Source of the DNA: Nematostella vectensis
Taxonomy: Eukaryota
Length of the DNA stretch: 64,000 nt
Assembly (NCBI RefSeq): GCF_932526225.1
Contig: NC_064039.1
Span: 6,257,459 to 6,321,458, forward strand
Reading direction: 5' to 3'
The translations under genes and the position numbers were made by a program. A model generated the notes under the pieces. The model was not told the DNA's origin. It did no database searches and saw nothing but the letters and a program-made list of their open reading frames with translations. This document shows, piece by piece, positions 37,801 to 46,733 of this stretch (the first letter of the stretch is position 1; every line of letters begins with the position of its first letter).

Positions 37801-39269
37801 TCAGTGGCCAGGCTGAAGGCAGAAGCGGCGCAGATAGAACTACAAGCGGAGTTGGAATCAAGAAAGATAGTAAGTTTGGAGGGTAATCGTGCGAGAATCT
37901 TTTTCGCCAGGTGTTTTTTTCTCTTGTTATGAATGTAAACTTAACGGGATTTGATAAATGAAATGGTGCTAGCATTCCATTACATATCTTTTTCAATAAC
38001 TAGACAAAGAGCTTTGTAATATGATATAAATGATAATGCTGTATATGCATTGAAAAAAGTAAAAGCATCACACAACAGGGCGTCGGATGTTTGTCGTTCT
38101 ACAGAAACGCGAAGGGGAGCTCGACTTCCTTAAGAAGAAAAACGAACAGGAAATACAGCGTGCCAAAGAACTGGCGGCCGTGGAGGTGAGAGGTGTTTTG
38201 AGATGGTTGCTCTGTGTTGGTGTTGTGTGTTGTTGTAGGTGAGGTGTTGTGTGTCGTTTTAGGTAAGGTGTTGTGTGTTGTTGTAGGTGAGGTGTTGTGT
38301 TTTATTGTAGGTGAGGTGTTGTGTTTTGTTGTAGTTTAATTGTTGTGAGATGGTTGCTTTAGGGTTAGGTGTTGTGTGTTACTGTAGGTGAGGTGTTGTG
38401 TGTTGTTGTAGGTGAGGTGTTGTGTTGTGTTTTGTTGTAGGTGAGGTATTGTGAGATGGTTGCTGTAGGGTTAGGTGTTGCGTGTTGTTGTAGATGAGGT
38501 GTTGTGTTATGGATGATGTGGGTTTGTTGTTGTGAGTGATTGGTACTGTCTGTTGGAGTGTTGTCGGTTGAATGGTTGACGAAAAGCATTTTCCATCCCC
38601 AATTCAAGGTCGCCAAGTTCTCAGCCAAGGTGAAATCAATCAAGCCAAAAACAATCAGCAACATCGCTAAGTCAGGACCGCGCTCGAAGGTAAACAGCGA
38701 TAAGCGTTAATCTTTTTCTTTGTCGTGTTTTTCCAATAAAACGAACCCAACCTCAAATAGATACAGCGCTGGCAATTTTCAACGCAATGGGAAGTAGTCT
38801 TGCGCCACTACCAAACAGCTCCAGCATTTTTGGCAAACACCAAGGGCCCTTGCAAGAACCTTTTTTGGCGTGAGGGAGGGGGACGGGGGCATGGACAGTC
38901 CTTGTTTTCATATGTGGGGGGCCAGTAGGGCTGCGATTGGGGTGAAATCCATGGATACTAAGCATTGTCGCCAAGGACTCCTTTGTCTAGGATTAACCGA
39001 GAAGGGCCGTGCTAGCAGTGTAAAATTGTGCTGGCAGTTAAATGTATAGTGACGCAACAGTGAAGACAAAGCCATAGCTACCAATACTACAACTACTATT
39101 GCATGAAGTTTTATTCGGCTTACTCTCAACTCTCTCTCTTTCCTTTCAGGCGGAGTTGCTCCAGTCACTTGGAATAGAACAAGCTCTCATTACGGATGGC
39201 AAGACACCACTGAACTTGTTCCAATCAGGTGGACAGATAAGTACAACAGTGTTACGCGGTGCGCCTTAA
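22823..39269 (+). CDS. MVP: Major vault protein, complete 30-exon gene (853 aa)
   Basis: Exons: 22823..22876, 23289..23422, 23877..23943, 24020..24074, 24502..24659, 25682..25773, 26529..26598, 26939..27033, 27684..27750, 28065..28206, 28727..28831, 29901..29991, 30489..30549, 30884..30978, 31775..31859, 32917..32973, 33039..33089, 33411..33456, 34255..34334, 34650..34709, 34932..35010, 35205..35347, 35745..35845, 36081..36171, 36289..36378, 37535..37580, 37805..37869, 38105..38185, 38609..38689, 39150..39269. All junctions are GT-AG and the summed length of 2562 nt stays in frame. The product is colinear with MVP: [18 protein letters not shown].., repeated ..GEEWLV.. vault repeats, [91 protein letters not shown]. 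Confidence 0.93.
24640..25606 (+). repeat. 37/38-bp minisatellite that reiterates the MVP exon-5 3' end plus its splice donor (~25 copies)
   Basis: The unit is CCAACTCCATATGCA|GTGAGTATCCCTTACCTATCAG. The first copy is the real exon 5/intron 5 junction at 24659/24660. Confidence 0.9.
28975..29665 (+). repeat. 61-bp minisatellite in MVP intron 11 (~11 copies)
   Basis: The unit is GCGCGTATTGCTCATTGTTTTCTCATAATTCCAATTGATAAAGCGCGTTCTTTTATCATCA. Confidence 0.9.
30189..30436. mobile_element. Stowaway-like MITE with TA target duplication, in MVP intron 12
   Basis: The TIRs are AAGCCGCATTGTCACCAGTTTACTTCCGG ... CCGGAAGTAAACTGGTGACAATGCGGCTT, flanked by TA on both sides. Confidence 0.75.
31860..32445 (+). 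repeat. 62-bp minisatellite in MVP intron 15 (~9.5 copies)
   Basis: The unit is ACCACACCCATGTCCGCTACATGTGGCTAAACACCACGCCCATCCAATCTCATGCCAATCCT. Confidence 0.9.
33556..33699. mobile_element. Internally deleted copy of the same Stowaway-like MITE family, in MVP intron 18
   Basis: The TIRs are AAGCTGCATCGTCGACAGTTTACCTCAGG ... CTTCAGAAGTAAACTGGTGACAATGCGTCTT, flanked by TA. It shares the internal block TTGTCTTTTAACG.TT.AG.TTTCCGTCGGACC with 30189..30436. Confidence 0.7.
33994..34243 (+). repeat. 25-bp minisatellite in MVP intron 18 (~10 copies)
   Basis: The unit is TACTAAGTATAAGTCTGATCAAATA. Confidence 0.9.
36440..37480 (+). repeat. 40-bp almost pure-pyrimidine minisatellite in MVP intron 25 (~23 copies)
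   Basis: The unit is TTCACGTCTCCCATAATCTTTCCCTCCCCCTTCTTCCTCC. It generates long spurious ORFs on both strands. Confidence 0.9.
38190..38560 (+). repeat. Irregular GT-rich ~22-24-bp minisatellite in MVP intron 28
   Basis: Variants of GTTGTAGGTGAGGTGTTGTGTGTT. Confidence 0.8.
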
Positions 39270-39439
39270 GAACAAAGTATACGGACGCTAAACAAACCCT
39301 AGAATAGCAAGCACATTATCAGTTAACGAAATCGCGAATGCCAAACAATCGAAAGACATTTAGCAGTTGTACATTATTTACTTCGATGACGTATGGAGAG
39401 GCCAAATCTCTCGAAATCAGAATTCAATTTTGCGCATGT

Positions 39440-40905
39440 GAACCTCCGTGCAAACGCTAAATTAGCCAGTGCTGCTGGCACAGCAATGTTAAATTAGCCA
39501 GTACTGCTGGCCTAGCAATGTTAAACTAGCCAGTACTGATGGCCTAGCAATGTTAAACTAGCCAGTACTGATGGCCTAGCAATGTTAAACTAGCCAGTAC
39601 TGATGGCCTAGCAATGTTAAACTAGCCAGTACTGATGGCCAAGCAATGTAAGATTAGCCAGTACTGCTGGCCTAGCAATGTTAGATTTGCCAGTACTGCT
39701 GGCCTAGCAATGTTAAATTAGCCAGTACTGCTGGCCTAGCAATGTTAAATTAGCCAGTACTGCTGGCCCAGCAATGTTAAATTAGCCAGTACTGCTGGCC
39801 CAGCAATGTTAAATTAGCCAGTACTGCTGGCCTAGCAATGTTAGATTAGCCAGTACTGCTGGCCTAGCAATGTTAAATTAGCCAGTACTGCTGGTCCAGC
39901 AATGTTAGATTAGCCAGTACTGCTGGCCAAGCAATGTTAAATAAGCCAGTACTGCTGGCCTAGCAATGTTAAATTAGCCAGTACTGCTGGCCCAGCAATG
40001 TTAAATTAGCCAGAACTGCTGGCCCAGCAATGTTAGATTAGCCAGTACTGCTGGCCCAGCAATGTTAAACTATCCAGTACTGCTGGCCTAGCAATGTTAG
40101 ATTAGCCAGTACTGCTGGCCCAGCAATGTTAGATTAGCCAGAACTGCTGGCCCAGCAATGTTAGATTAGCCAGTACTGCTGGCCTAGCAATGTTAAATTA
40201 GCCAGTACTGCTGGCCTAGCAATGTTAGATTAGCCAGTACTGCTGGCCTAGCAATGTTAAACTATCCAGTACTGCTGGTCCAGCAATGTTAGATTAGCCA
40301 GAACTGCTGGCACAGCAATGTTAAATTAGCCAGTACTGCTGGCCTAGCAATGTTAAATTAGCCAGTACTGCTGGCCTAGCAATGTTAAATTAGCCAGTAC
40401 TGCTGGCCTAGCAATGTTAAATTTGCCAGTACTGATGGCCCAGCAATGTTAAACTAGCCAGTAATGCTGGCCTAGCAATGTTAAATTTGCCAGTACTGCT
40501 GGCCTAGCAATGTTAAATTAGCCAGAACTGCTGGCACAGCAATGTTAAATTAGCCAGTACTGCTGGCCTAGCAATGTTAAATTAGCCAGTACTGCTGGCC
40601 TAGCAATGTTAAATTAGCCAGTACTGCTGGCCCAGCAATGTTAGATTAGCCAGTACTGCTGGCCCAGCAATGTTAAATTTGCCAGTACTGCTGGCCTAGC
40701 AATGTTAAATTAGCCAGTACTGCTGGCCTAGCAATGTTAAATTAGCCAGTACTGTTGGCCTAGCAATGTTAAATTAGCCATTACTGCTGGCCTAGCAATG
40801 TTAAACTAGCCAGTACTGCTGGCCCAGCAATGTTAGATTAGCCAGTACTGCTGGCCTAGCAATGTTAGATTAGCCAGTACCGCTGGCACAGCAATGCTGG
40901 CCCTG
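39440..40905 (+). repeat. 32-bp satellite (~45 copies) immediately downstream of the MVP stop codon
   Basis: The unit is GCCAGTACTGCTGGCCTAGCAATGTTAAATTA, with point variants (A/G at TTAAAT/TTAGAT, CC(T/C)AGC). Confidence 0.92.
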
Positions 40906-41340
40906 TTTCTACGCCATTTTGAAAGGCAGCTGTGGAAAGGCAGCTGTGGAGTTATTGGTCTACATGCCTTGTATCTTGTGGACCGAGCGTAGCTAATTAA
41001 GCGAAACTGGTCGACGTTGACGCTGTTTGCACGAGTTTGAGCATATCGTATAGATGCACTTCAACAAGAAATTCATAGAAAGGTAGCTTCTAATCACCTC
41101 TACAAATCTGAATGAATTAGATAAATTAAGAAATTTTCTCTTCTGAGGCATGGTCCCCAAGAGGTGTATAAAATAATATCTGTCAATAAGCATTCAATGC
41201 TGTTATCATGCATTATCATCATTTTTCTAATAAGAAAAAGTAATAAAACCCGATAACTCAGGTAAAGATCTATATGGCGTTTTTTTATAAATACAAAAAG
41301 CCCAAATATTAGTCGTATTCGTGAACCAGAAAAACGCAAT

Positions 41341-41441
41341 ACACCAAAAACTGGTGTTCGACTCTGCCAAATTTTCTTCTTTAATAAGACTTCCTCAGCG
41401 CTGACGAAAATTTGGCAGAGTCGAATACCAGTTTTTGGTGT
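41341..41441. repeat. 101-bp foldback (35-bp arms)
   Basis: ACACCAAAAACTGGTGTTCGACTCTGCCAAATTTT ... AAAATTTGGCAGAGTCGAATACCAGTTTTTGGTGT. Confidence 0.85.
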
Positions 41442-41559
41442 ATTTCCGTTTTATATAGAATCACTTAATATCTTTAGATAATTTACCTGTGTCCCTCGTA
41501 TAAGGACTCTCCACTATTTACATTATTAAAAAATTTCTTAACGAATTTTAATGCGCTAA

Positions 41560-42800
41560 AAAAGATGTCAGGAATTTTGTTTAACTTCTACAGGAAGAGC
41601 CGTTTCCGTTTGTTTTTCTGGATTCGCAGCATTAGAATGTTGCTTCGATGCGTCTCCCCAGACTGAAGCTCCATGGTCCATGAGTGGCTTTGTTAATGTG
41701 TTAGAAAATGTTTTCCGCACCATCGGTGACAGATATTTTTTTTACAGCGCTTTAGCAGTCCTAGCCGCTGTTGGCCTAGCAATCATTGATAAATGAAATA
41801 TAATTAGGATTGATAAAATAACAATGGGTCGAGAATTTATCCGGGTTGCGCCTCTTGTAGTTGAAAGTGACAAAGAAAGACTCCTTCCTATGAATACCAA
41901 CTGCTGTGGTCCTATCAGGGGTGTGCATCCGGTTTCAAAATTCTTATGGTTCACCAAATATATAAGCGCGAGTCCCGATATTAAGTCATGTTGTTACCCC
42001 GGGGTAAATTTCTGCCGTCAACGCAGGCTATCTCACCTAGGCTTAGCAATGGCAGGCGCAGCGGTTTTTAAAATCTTGCGCTTATGTTGTCCAATCCAGT
42101 TGCCTTGGATATACGGGAAGACCCTTCCGGTATTTCAGCACAAACTCCAGTGATATTTTTGCAATTTTGCATGTCTTATCCGTCGTTCTCAGATATTCTA
42201 AGCTCGATTTGGGGTCGCCATTTGAGGTGCTAGATCTTTGGGTAGATGCCATTGCACAAAGAATTGGTTAAAGCATCTGCAACGATAAGTGTGATCTTTT
42301 TTAAAGTCATTTCCAATTCTGATTTTAGTAGTCACTGCAGCTTTTCTTGAAGCACGGCCATAGTGTTCTTTAAATGTTTTAAATATTCTTTCGGACTTTT
42401 GCTGTTTTCCAGAGCATCCACGGGATATCCACAATTGGAGCCGTTCCTGATTTGCGGGTCTTTTGCAATAGGATATAAGGGTAACTTATCGATCCATATA
42501 TATCTGGTGTCATGCTTGGAGGTTGGGTCTGTCTTTTCACTCTTTTTTATCCAATGAGGCATGGAAATCCGCGACACCAATAAAAGTTCGATTGACAAGG
42601 TCTACAGCATCGTTAGGCTCATCAAACATGTACATGCCAGGGCGCTTGTTCCAGGTCAGATTGGAACGTGTCTTCGAAATTCTCAATGTGTCGCAGAGCG
42701 ATTTGTGATATAACCATGACCGTTTATCTGGCGATTTCTTTTTCGTACAACCCCCACTGGAAGGTGGTCTGAAATGGCGATATTGAATACTTCGTCTTTT
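41560..42800 (-). pseudogene. Degenerate, internally deleted non-LTR retrotransposon remnant
   Basis: Minus-strand frames give ..CFNQFFVQWHLPKDLAPQ.. (pre-RT region), ..NSRPIVILSILIIFHLSMIA.. (RT motif 1-like, compare NYRPISLLS..K..E) and ..LTKPLMDHGASVWG.. (post-RT, compare RP.LEY.S.VW). Stops and frameshifts interrupt these segments. Confidence 0.45.
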
Positions 42801-43168
42801 ATCATACTTTAGCGGTGACTAGTGTACACGTGGTCAAGACATGATTTCGGCATGATGACGGCGTGAAACTGGTCAAGAGTGGGTATTCGAGCCCAGACTC
42901 CAGGGTGAAAGGGGGCGGAAATTGAATGAGCAGTGGGCTTCATTATATTTCCTCGTTTCGTGGACACTTCGAAACCATGTTATGAAAGTAGGTGTTTTCT
43001 GGATTAAGCCACAACTGCACTAGAAAGTATTTCTCAGGTCATAACAAATACAACAAGTTGAGAGAGTATCATGCATTTATCAGCGTCGTTTATTCAAAGG
43101 CTATTTAATACCTTAAGTACATTTTACAATTTGTTAACAAAATTTGCTAAAAAATGAACTAACATTTA

Positions 43169-43309
43169 GGCTTAGTTCAAACGTCGTATCATCCATGAGC
43201 CGTATTCAATGCAAATGCATGCAAATGAAGATGAAACAATCAACTCGATTCATTTGCATGCATTTGCGTTGAATACGGCTCATGGATAATACGACGTTTG
43301 AGCTTAGCC
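43169..43309. mobile_element. Foldback MITE with TTA target duplication; same terminal family as 4511..4858
   Basis: GGCTTAGTTCAAACGTCGTATCATCCATGAGCCGTATTCAATGCAAATGCATGCAAATGAA and its near-perfect reverse complement. TTA flanks both sides. Confidence 0.7.
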
Positions 43310-43999
43310 TTAACGAGATCTGAAAAATTGGCCCGACTGAAAACTGACTATTGCGCGATCTCAAGTGAATTTCAATTGAAGTGAAACGGTATAGGCTGCT
43401 TTCAAATACATGCCAACGGGATTACATGACCAAGAGTTAAACAAACAAAATTATATTTTAGCCTCAAGTATCTAGCCTCCCCAATTCCGCTGATATCCAA
43501 TGTCCTCCACCTCGCCTCATCCCTTTCCTTCTCCACCTTCCTCGGTCTTCTTCGTCTTTACGGTCGTCGATGCCTCTATCTTTCTGGAAATTTCTATCGG
43601 TCCGGCGGGCATTGCCACTTTTCTGGGAATTTTTATCGGTCCGGCTACCATTTCATCATCGGGCCTGCTGAAATATCAACTACTTTAGTCTGCGGTAAAG
43701 CTGGCAAACTAAGCACCAGTCATGTATGTAGAATGTACCCGGTGGCGTTTTTGTTTATTTCTGGGCAGTTTTGTTTGGTTGTACCGGGTACTCGTAGTTG
43801 TTCAGTAATGCGCTACGCAGGTTATATAGACTATTTCCGTGAAATCATCAAAGGGGGAGGGGGGAGGGGGGGAGACAAATTGAATGGGCGCATGCATTTC
43901 CCACAGCGAACTCAAGCTAAATGTAGAGCTTTGAAATTTAGACAAAAATAAACTTTCCAATGTAGCGTCGCGCGACACGTTAGGATGTGAAAAGAAAGA

Positions 44000-44700
44000 A
44001 TTATGGACAAACAAAATTAAACATATTTTAAATCACGCCGGCCTAGGAGAAATATGGTCAACCCCACCAGACACAGAAATATCAATAAATCTCATAAGAC
44101 AGAGACTGACAGATGTAGAACAATAAATTTGGCTAAATGAAATTTATAACGATGAAAGGAAGGACCCTCGACATAAAAACAAATTAAGAACATTTAGGAA
44201 ATTTAAGAGCGTTCACAATTACGAAGATTATCTCCCAAGTTAAAAATGTTAATCACACAATTGCACTAACAAAGCTTAGACTAAAGCAACCACAAATTAG
44301 CTATCGAAACAGGACGTCACACAAAACCGTACACTCCCCCTCAACAAAGAATGTGCCCAATATGCTTGGTCGAAGTCGAGGACGAGGAACACTTTATGAT
44401 AAAATGCCCGGCATATAGTGAATTGAGGAAACAAATGTATAGGGTTTTTCAATCCGCAACAAAACAGAATCTAAAAGCAATGCCTCCTGACATTTTTGAA
44501 GGTGATTAGTTTGAAACAGGAGAGTGCAACCAAATAAGAAATAGCTCAATTTGTTTGGGAAGCAACAAAAATAAGGGAAAGTGCTTTGTAATGAGAATTA
44601 TATAATCACATCGCTACAAAGTACGATGATAGAGAATTTATTGTAAATAGGAATATAATTAAATGCATTTAGAGCAACGCCCGTGAATCAAAGATGAAAA
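44000..44700 (+). pseudogene. 3' remnant of a non-LTR retrotransposon (ORF2 C-terminal tail)
   Basis: 44288..44509 reads NHKLAIETGRHTKPYTPPQQRMCPICLVEVEDEEHFMIKCPAYSELRKQM, the typical H.L.IE.GR...R.C..C...EDE.HF...C..Y tail. Upstream parts (KLRTFRKFK, LTKLRL) are in other frames and contain stops. Confidence 0.65.
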
Positions 44701-44759
44701 GCTGCCAAATAAAATCATTGAATGAATTGAATTGCATACCATTTTAAGAATAGTGTTTT

Positions 44760-45748
44760 TGAGACAGAAAATCGCCCCTGCTCATGGTTGCTCACTTCCG
44801 GTTTGCCAAGGAAACCCAGATGAACAGGGAACAAATTGAATGGGCGCATGCATTTTTTTTACGCTCGATATATTTATTTTTCAAGAATAGTGTTTCGTTT
44901 TAGTTTTTTTTACTGGATTCGTTAAGAGATTTCTTTATCCCAATCCAAGTCTTAATGGTATACATACCACCAGTACTCTTCCTGTTTGCTCGCCGATACA
45001 ACGTAACCATCTTCGCTTCTTGACTTGGCCTCGCTCCACCTTTGAAGATTGGGCTTGACATCGTTTGCGTCCTCTTTGCTCATGTTGCTGCTGAATTTAA
45101 AAATCATGAAAACACGAACTTTTACAACTAACTATTGGGGAATCTGGAGCGAGTTTAAAAGGTCGACTTTGCCTGATGTGAAAAACAAAACCTACAAGAC
45201 AGAGAAAAATGTGGGTGTTCGAGTGTACTGTAGCCTACCCCGTAGGCATCTCAAAGAGCATTCAACTGTTCAAAGAGCAATAGAGAAAAATTGCCCAACA
45301 CCGCCTGGTTGAACTCCCTGTGGAGTGCTCATGATTTCTCACTTCCGGTTTGCCAAGGAAACCCAAATCAAAGGGGAATAAATTGAATGGACGCATGCAT
45401 GGTTTTACGCTCGATATATTCATTTTTCAAGAATAGTGTTTCGTTCTAGATTTTTCTTACTGGATTCTTTTAGAGATTTCTTTATCCGTATCCAAGTTTA
45501 CACTGAAGAGTAGTGTGTTACCTTTCGGCCTTAGTCGGCTGAACATCGCTCAACTTTTCCAGATCAGGCTTGACATCCTTTGTGTCTTCTTTGCTCATGT
45601 TCCTGCTGACTCTAAAAATTATGAAAGCGTGAACTTTCACAATAAGCGGTATGGGGTAATCTGGAGAAGGTTGGAAGGTCGAATTTGTTTGATGTGAAAA
45701 AAAAAACCCTTCAAGACTGAGGAAAATGTGGGCTAAAGCCTTTCCCTC
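44760..45748 (+). repeat. Host 547-bp tandem repeat (unit 1 complete; unit 2 interrupted by the Maverick/Polinton element and continuing at 62383)
   Basis: The marker CTCACTTCCGGTTTGCCAAGGAAACCC occurs at 44791 and 45338. The units share AATTGAATGG.CGCATGCAT, TTTTCAAGAATAGTGTTTCGTT and a minus-strand MSKED..DVKP.L mini-ORF. Confidence 0.75.
45743..45748. repeat. Target-site duplication, left copy (TCCCTC)
   Basis: Identical hexamer directly abutting both element ends. A 6-bp TSD is the Maverick/Polinton hallmark. Confidence 0.75.
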
Positions 45749-46255
45749 AGTAGTAGGGTTTTGGCGCAGCTGGCGCAACTTTTTGATCTCCCCAAATTTC
45801 ATTCCAAAAGTGGCGCAAAAGTCTCCGCACACCTCCGCCAAGCCTCGCGACCTGCGCATGCGCGAGTTTGCCAGAGATCTCTCGCACGACCAAGCCCACC
45901 TGTCAATCACTTTGTCACGTGACGGCCACGCCCACCTGTCAATCACTTTGTCACGTGACGGCCACGCCCACCTGTCAATCACTTTGTCACGTGATAGCCA
46001 CGCCCACCTGTCAATCATTTTGTAAAAAACCTGTCAATCACTTTGTCACGTGATGACCACGCCCACCTGTCAATCATTTTGTCAAAAACCTGTCAATCAC
46101 TTTGTCAAAAACCTGTCAATCACTTTGTCAAGAACCTGTCAATCACTTTGTCAAAAACCTGTCAATCACTTTGTCAAGAGCCTGTCAATCATTTTGTCAC
46201 GTGATAGCCAAGCCCACCTGTCAATCACTTTGTCACGTGCTGCACCTAGGGGGAG
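45749..46255 (+). repeat. Left terminal inverted repeat of the Maverick/Polinton element
   Basis: The outer ~150 bp are identical to the reverse complement of 62233..62382. They are followed by 12 copies of a subrepeat with core CCTGTCAATCA(C/T)TTTGTCA, in 36-bp (..GTCACGTGACGGCCACGCCCA..) and 23-bp (..GTCAAAAA..) variants. GCGCATGCGC lies at 45854..45863. Confidence 0.9.
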
Positions 46256-46270
46256 CCTGGGGGCTATTCT

Positions 46271-46281
46271 GGTCTAAAGAC
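46271..46281 (+). promoter_or_regulatory. Degenerate early-type box GGTCTAAAGAC upstream of ORF 46301
   Basis: It lies 20 nt before the ATG and carries one mismatch to GGTTTAAAGAC. Confidence 0.3.
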
Positions 46282-46300
46282 GTATGAGACCCTAGATAAA

Positions 46301-46561
46301 ATGACATTAAAGACGGAGGTGAAGATTAAAAACGGTGCGGCTACCGCCGGCGGTTGTTCGGTGCCGGAGGTGAACGTGAGTAACACTGCGGATGCGGGGC
46401 CTGAACACTGCTGTTGTAACGCTGATTACTATGAAGACTCAGAATACGGAAGCTTCGACCCCGTTGGGTTTGTGGCCGGAGCGGCGACAATTGTCCTTGG
46501 TGTTCTAGCAATGTTAGTCTCCATGCCACGGTATGGCGAAAAAAGATGGGTGAGATACTAG
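46301..46561 (+). CDS. Element ORF: small tail-anchored membrane protein (86 aa), function unknown
   Basis: ATG-initiated ORF just inside the left TIR. It is preceded by the degenerate box GGTCTAAAGAC (46271..46281). It has a C-terminal hydrophobic helix, VGFVAGAATIVLGVLAMLV. Confidence 0.35.
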   Translation: MTLKTEVKIKNGAATAGGCSVPEVNVSNTADAGPEHCCCNADYYEDSEYGSFDPVGFVAGAATIVLGVLAMLVSMPRYGEKRWVRY

Positions 46562-46652
46562 TCCACGGATGTGGTGCGGAGGCTTTAGACCGCACCGCCC
46601 CCACGCGGACCCCTTCGGAAGTCTTAGCAACCACACACATCACACCCAGAGG

Positions 46653-46674
46653 GAGCTCGAGGGGCTAGCCTCTC
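46653..46674 (+). other. Palindromic motif copy GAGCTCGAGGGGCTAGCCTCTC (upstream of the TFIIB-like gene)
   Basis: Non-coding copy, ~30 nt upstream of the early box. Confidence 0.6.
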
Positions 46675-46701
46675 AGCTTCACATCTAAAAAAGCTTTTGA
46701 A

Positions 46702-46716
46702 AAGTGGTTTAAAGAC
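46702..46716 (+). promoter_or_regulatory. Early-type TATA-like box AAGTGGTTTAAAGAC (TFIIB-like gene)
   Basis: TTTAAAG starts 26 nt before the ATG at 46734. It is part of a 46-nt block identical to the PolB upstream region. Confidence 0.6.
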
Positions 46717-46733
46717 ATGAACAGTTTAATAAA

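Noticed and set aside
39440-40905. Highly regular 32-bp direct-repeat array that superficially resembles a CRISPR array
   Set aside because: The units are contiguous with no unique spacers, the context is a eukaryotic gene flank, and there are no cas genes. It is a satellite.
45518-46287. ORFs of 60-166 aa running across the left TIR, with mirror-image ORFs at 61880..62466 across the right TIR
   Set aside because: They are composed of the 23/36-bp TIR subrepeats (periodic HLSITLSRD / IDRWAW peptides). They cross the element-host boundary and appear on both strands. These are repeat-generated frames, not genes.
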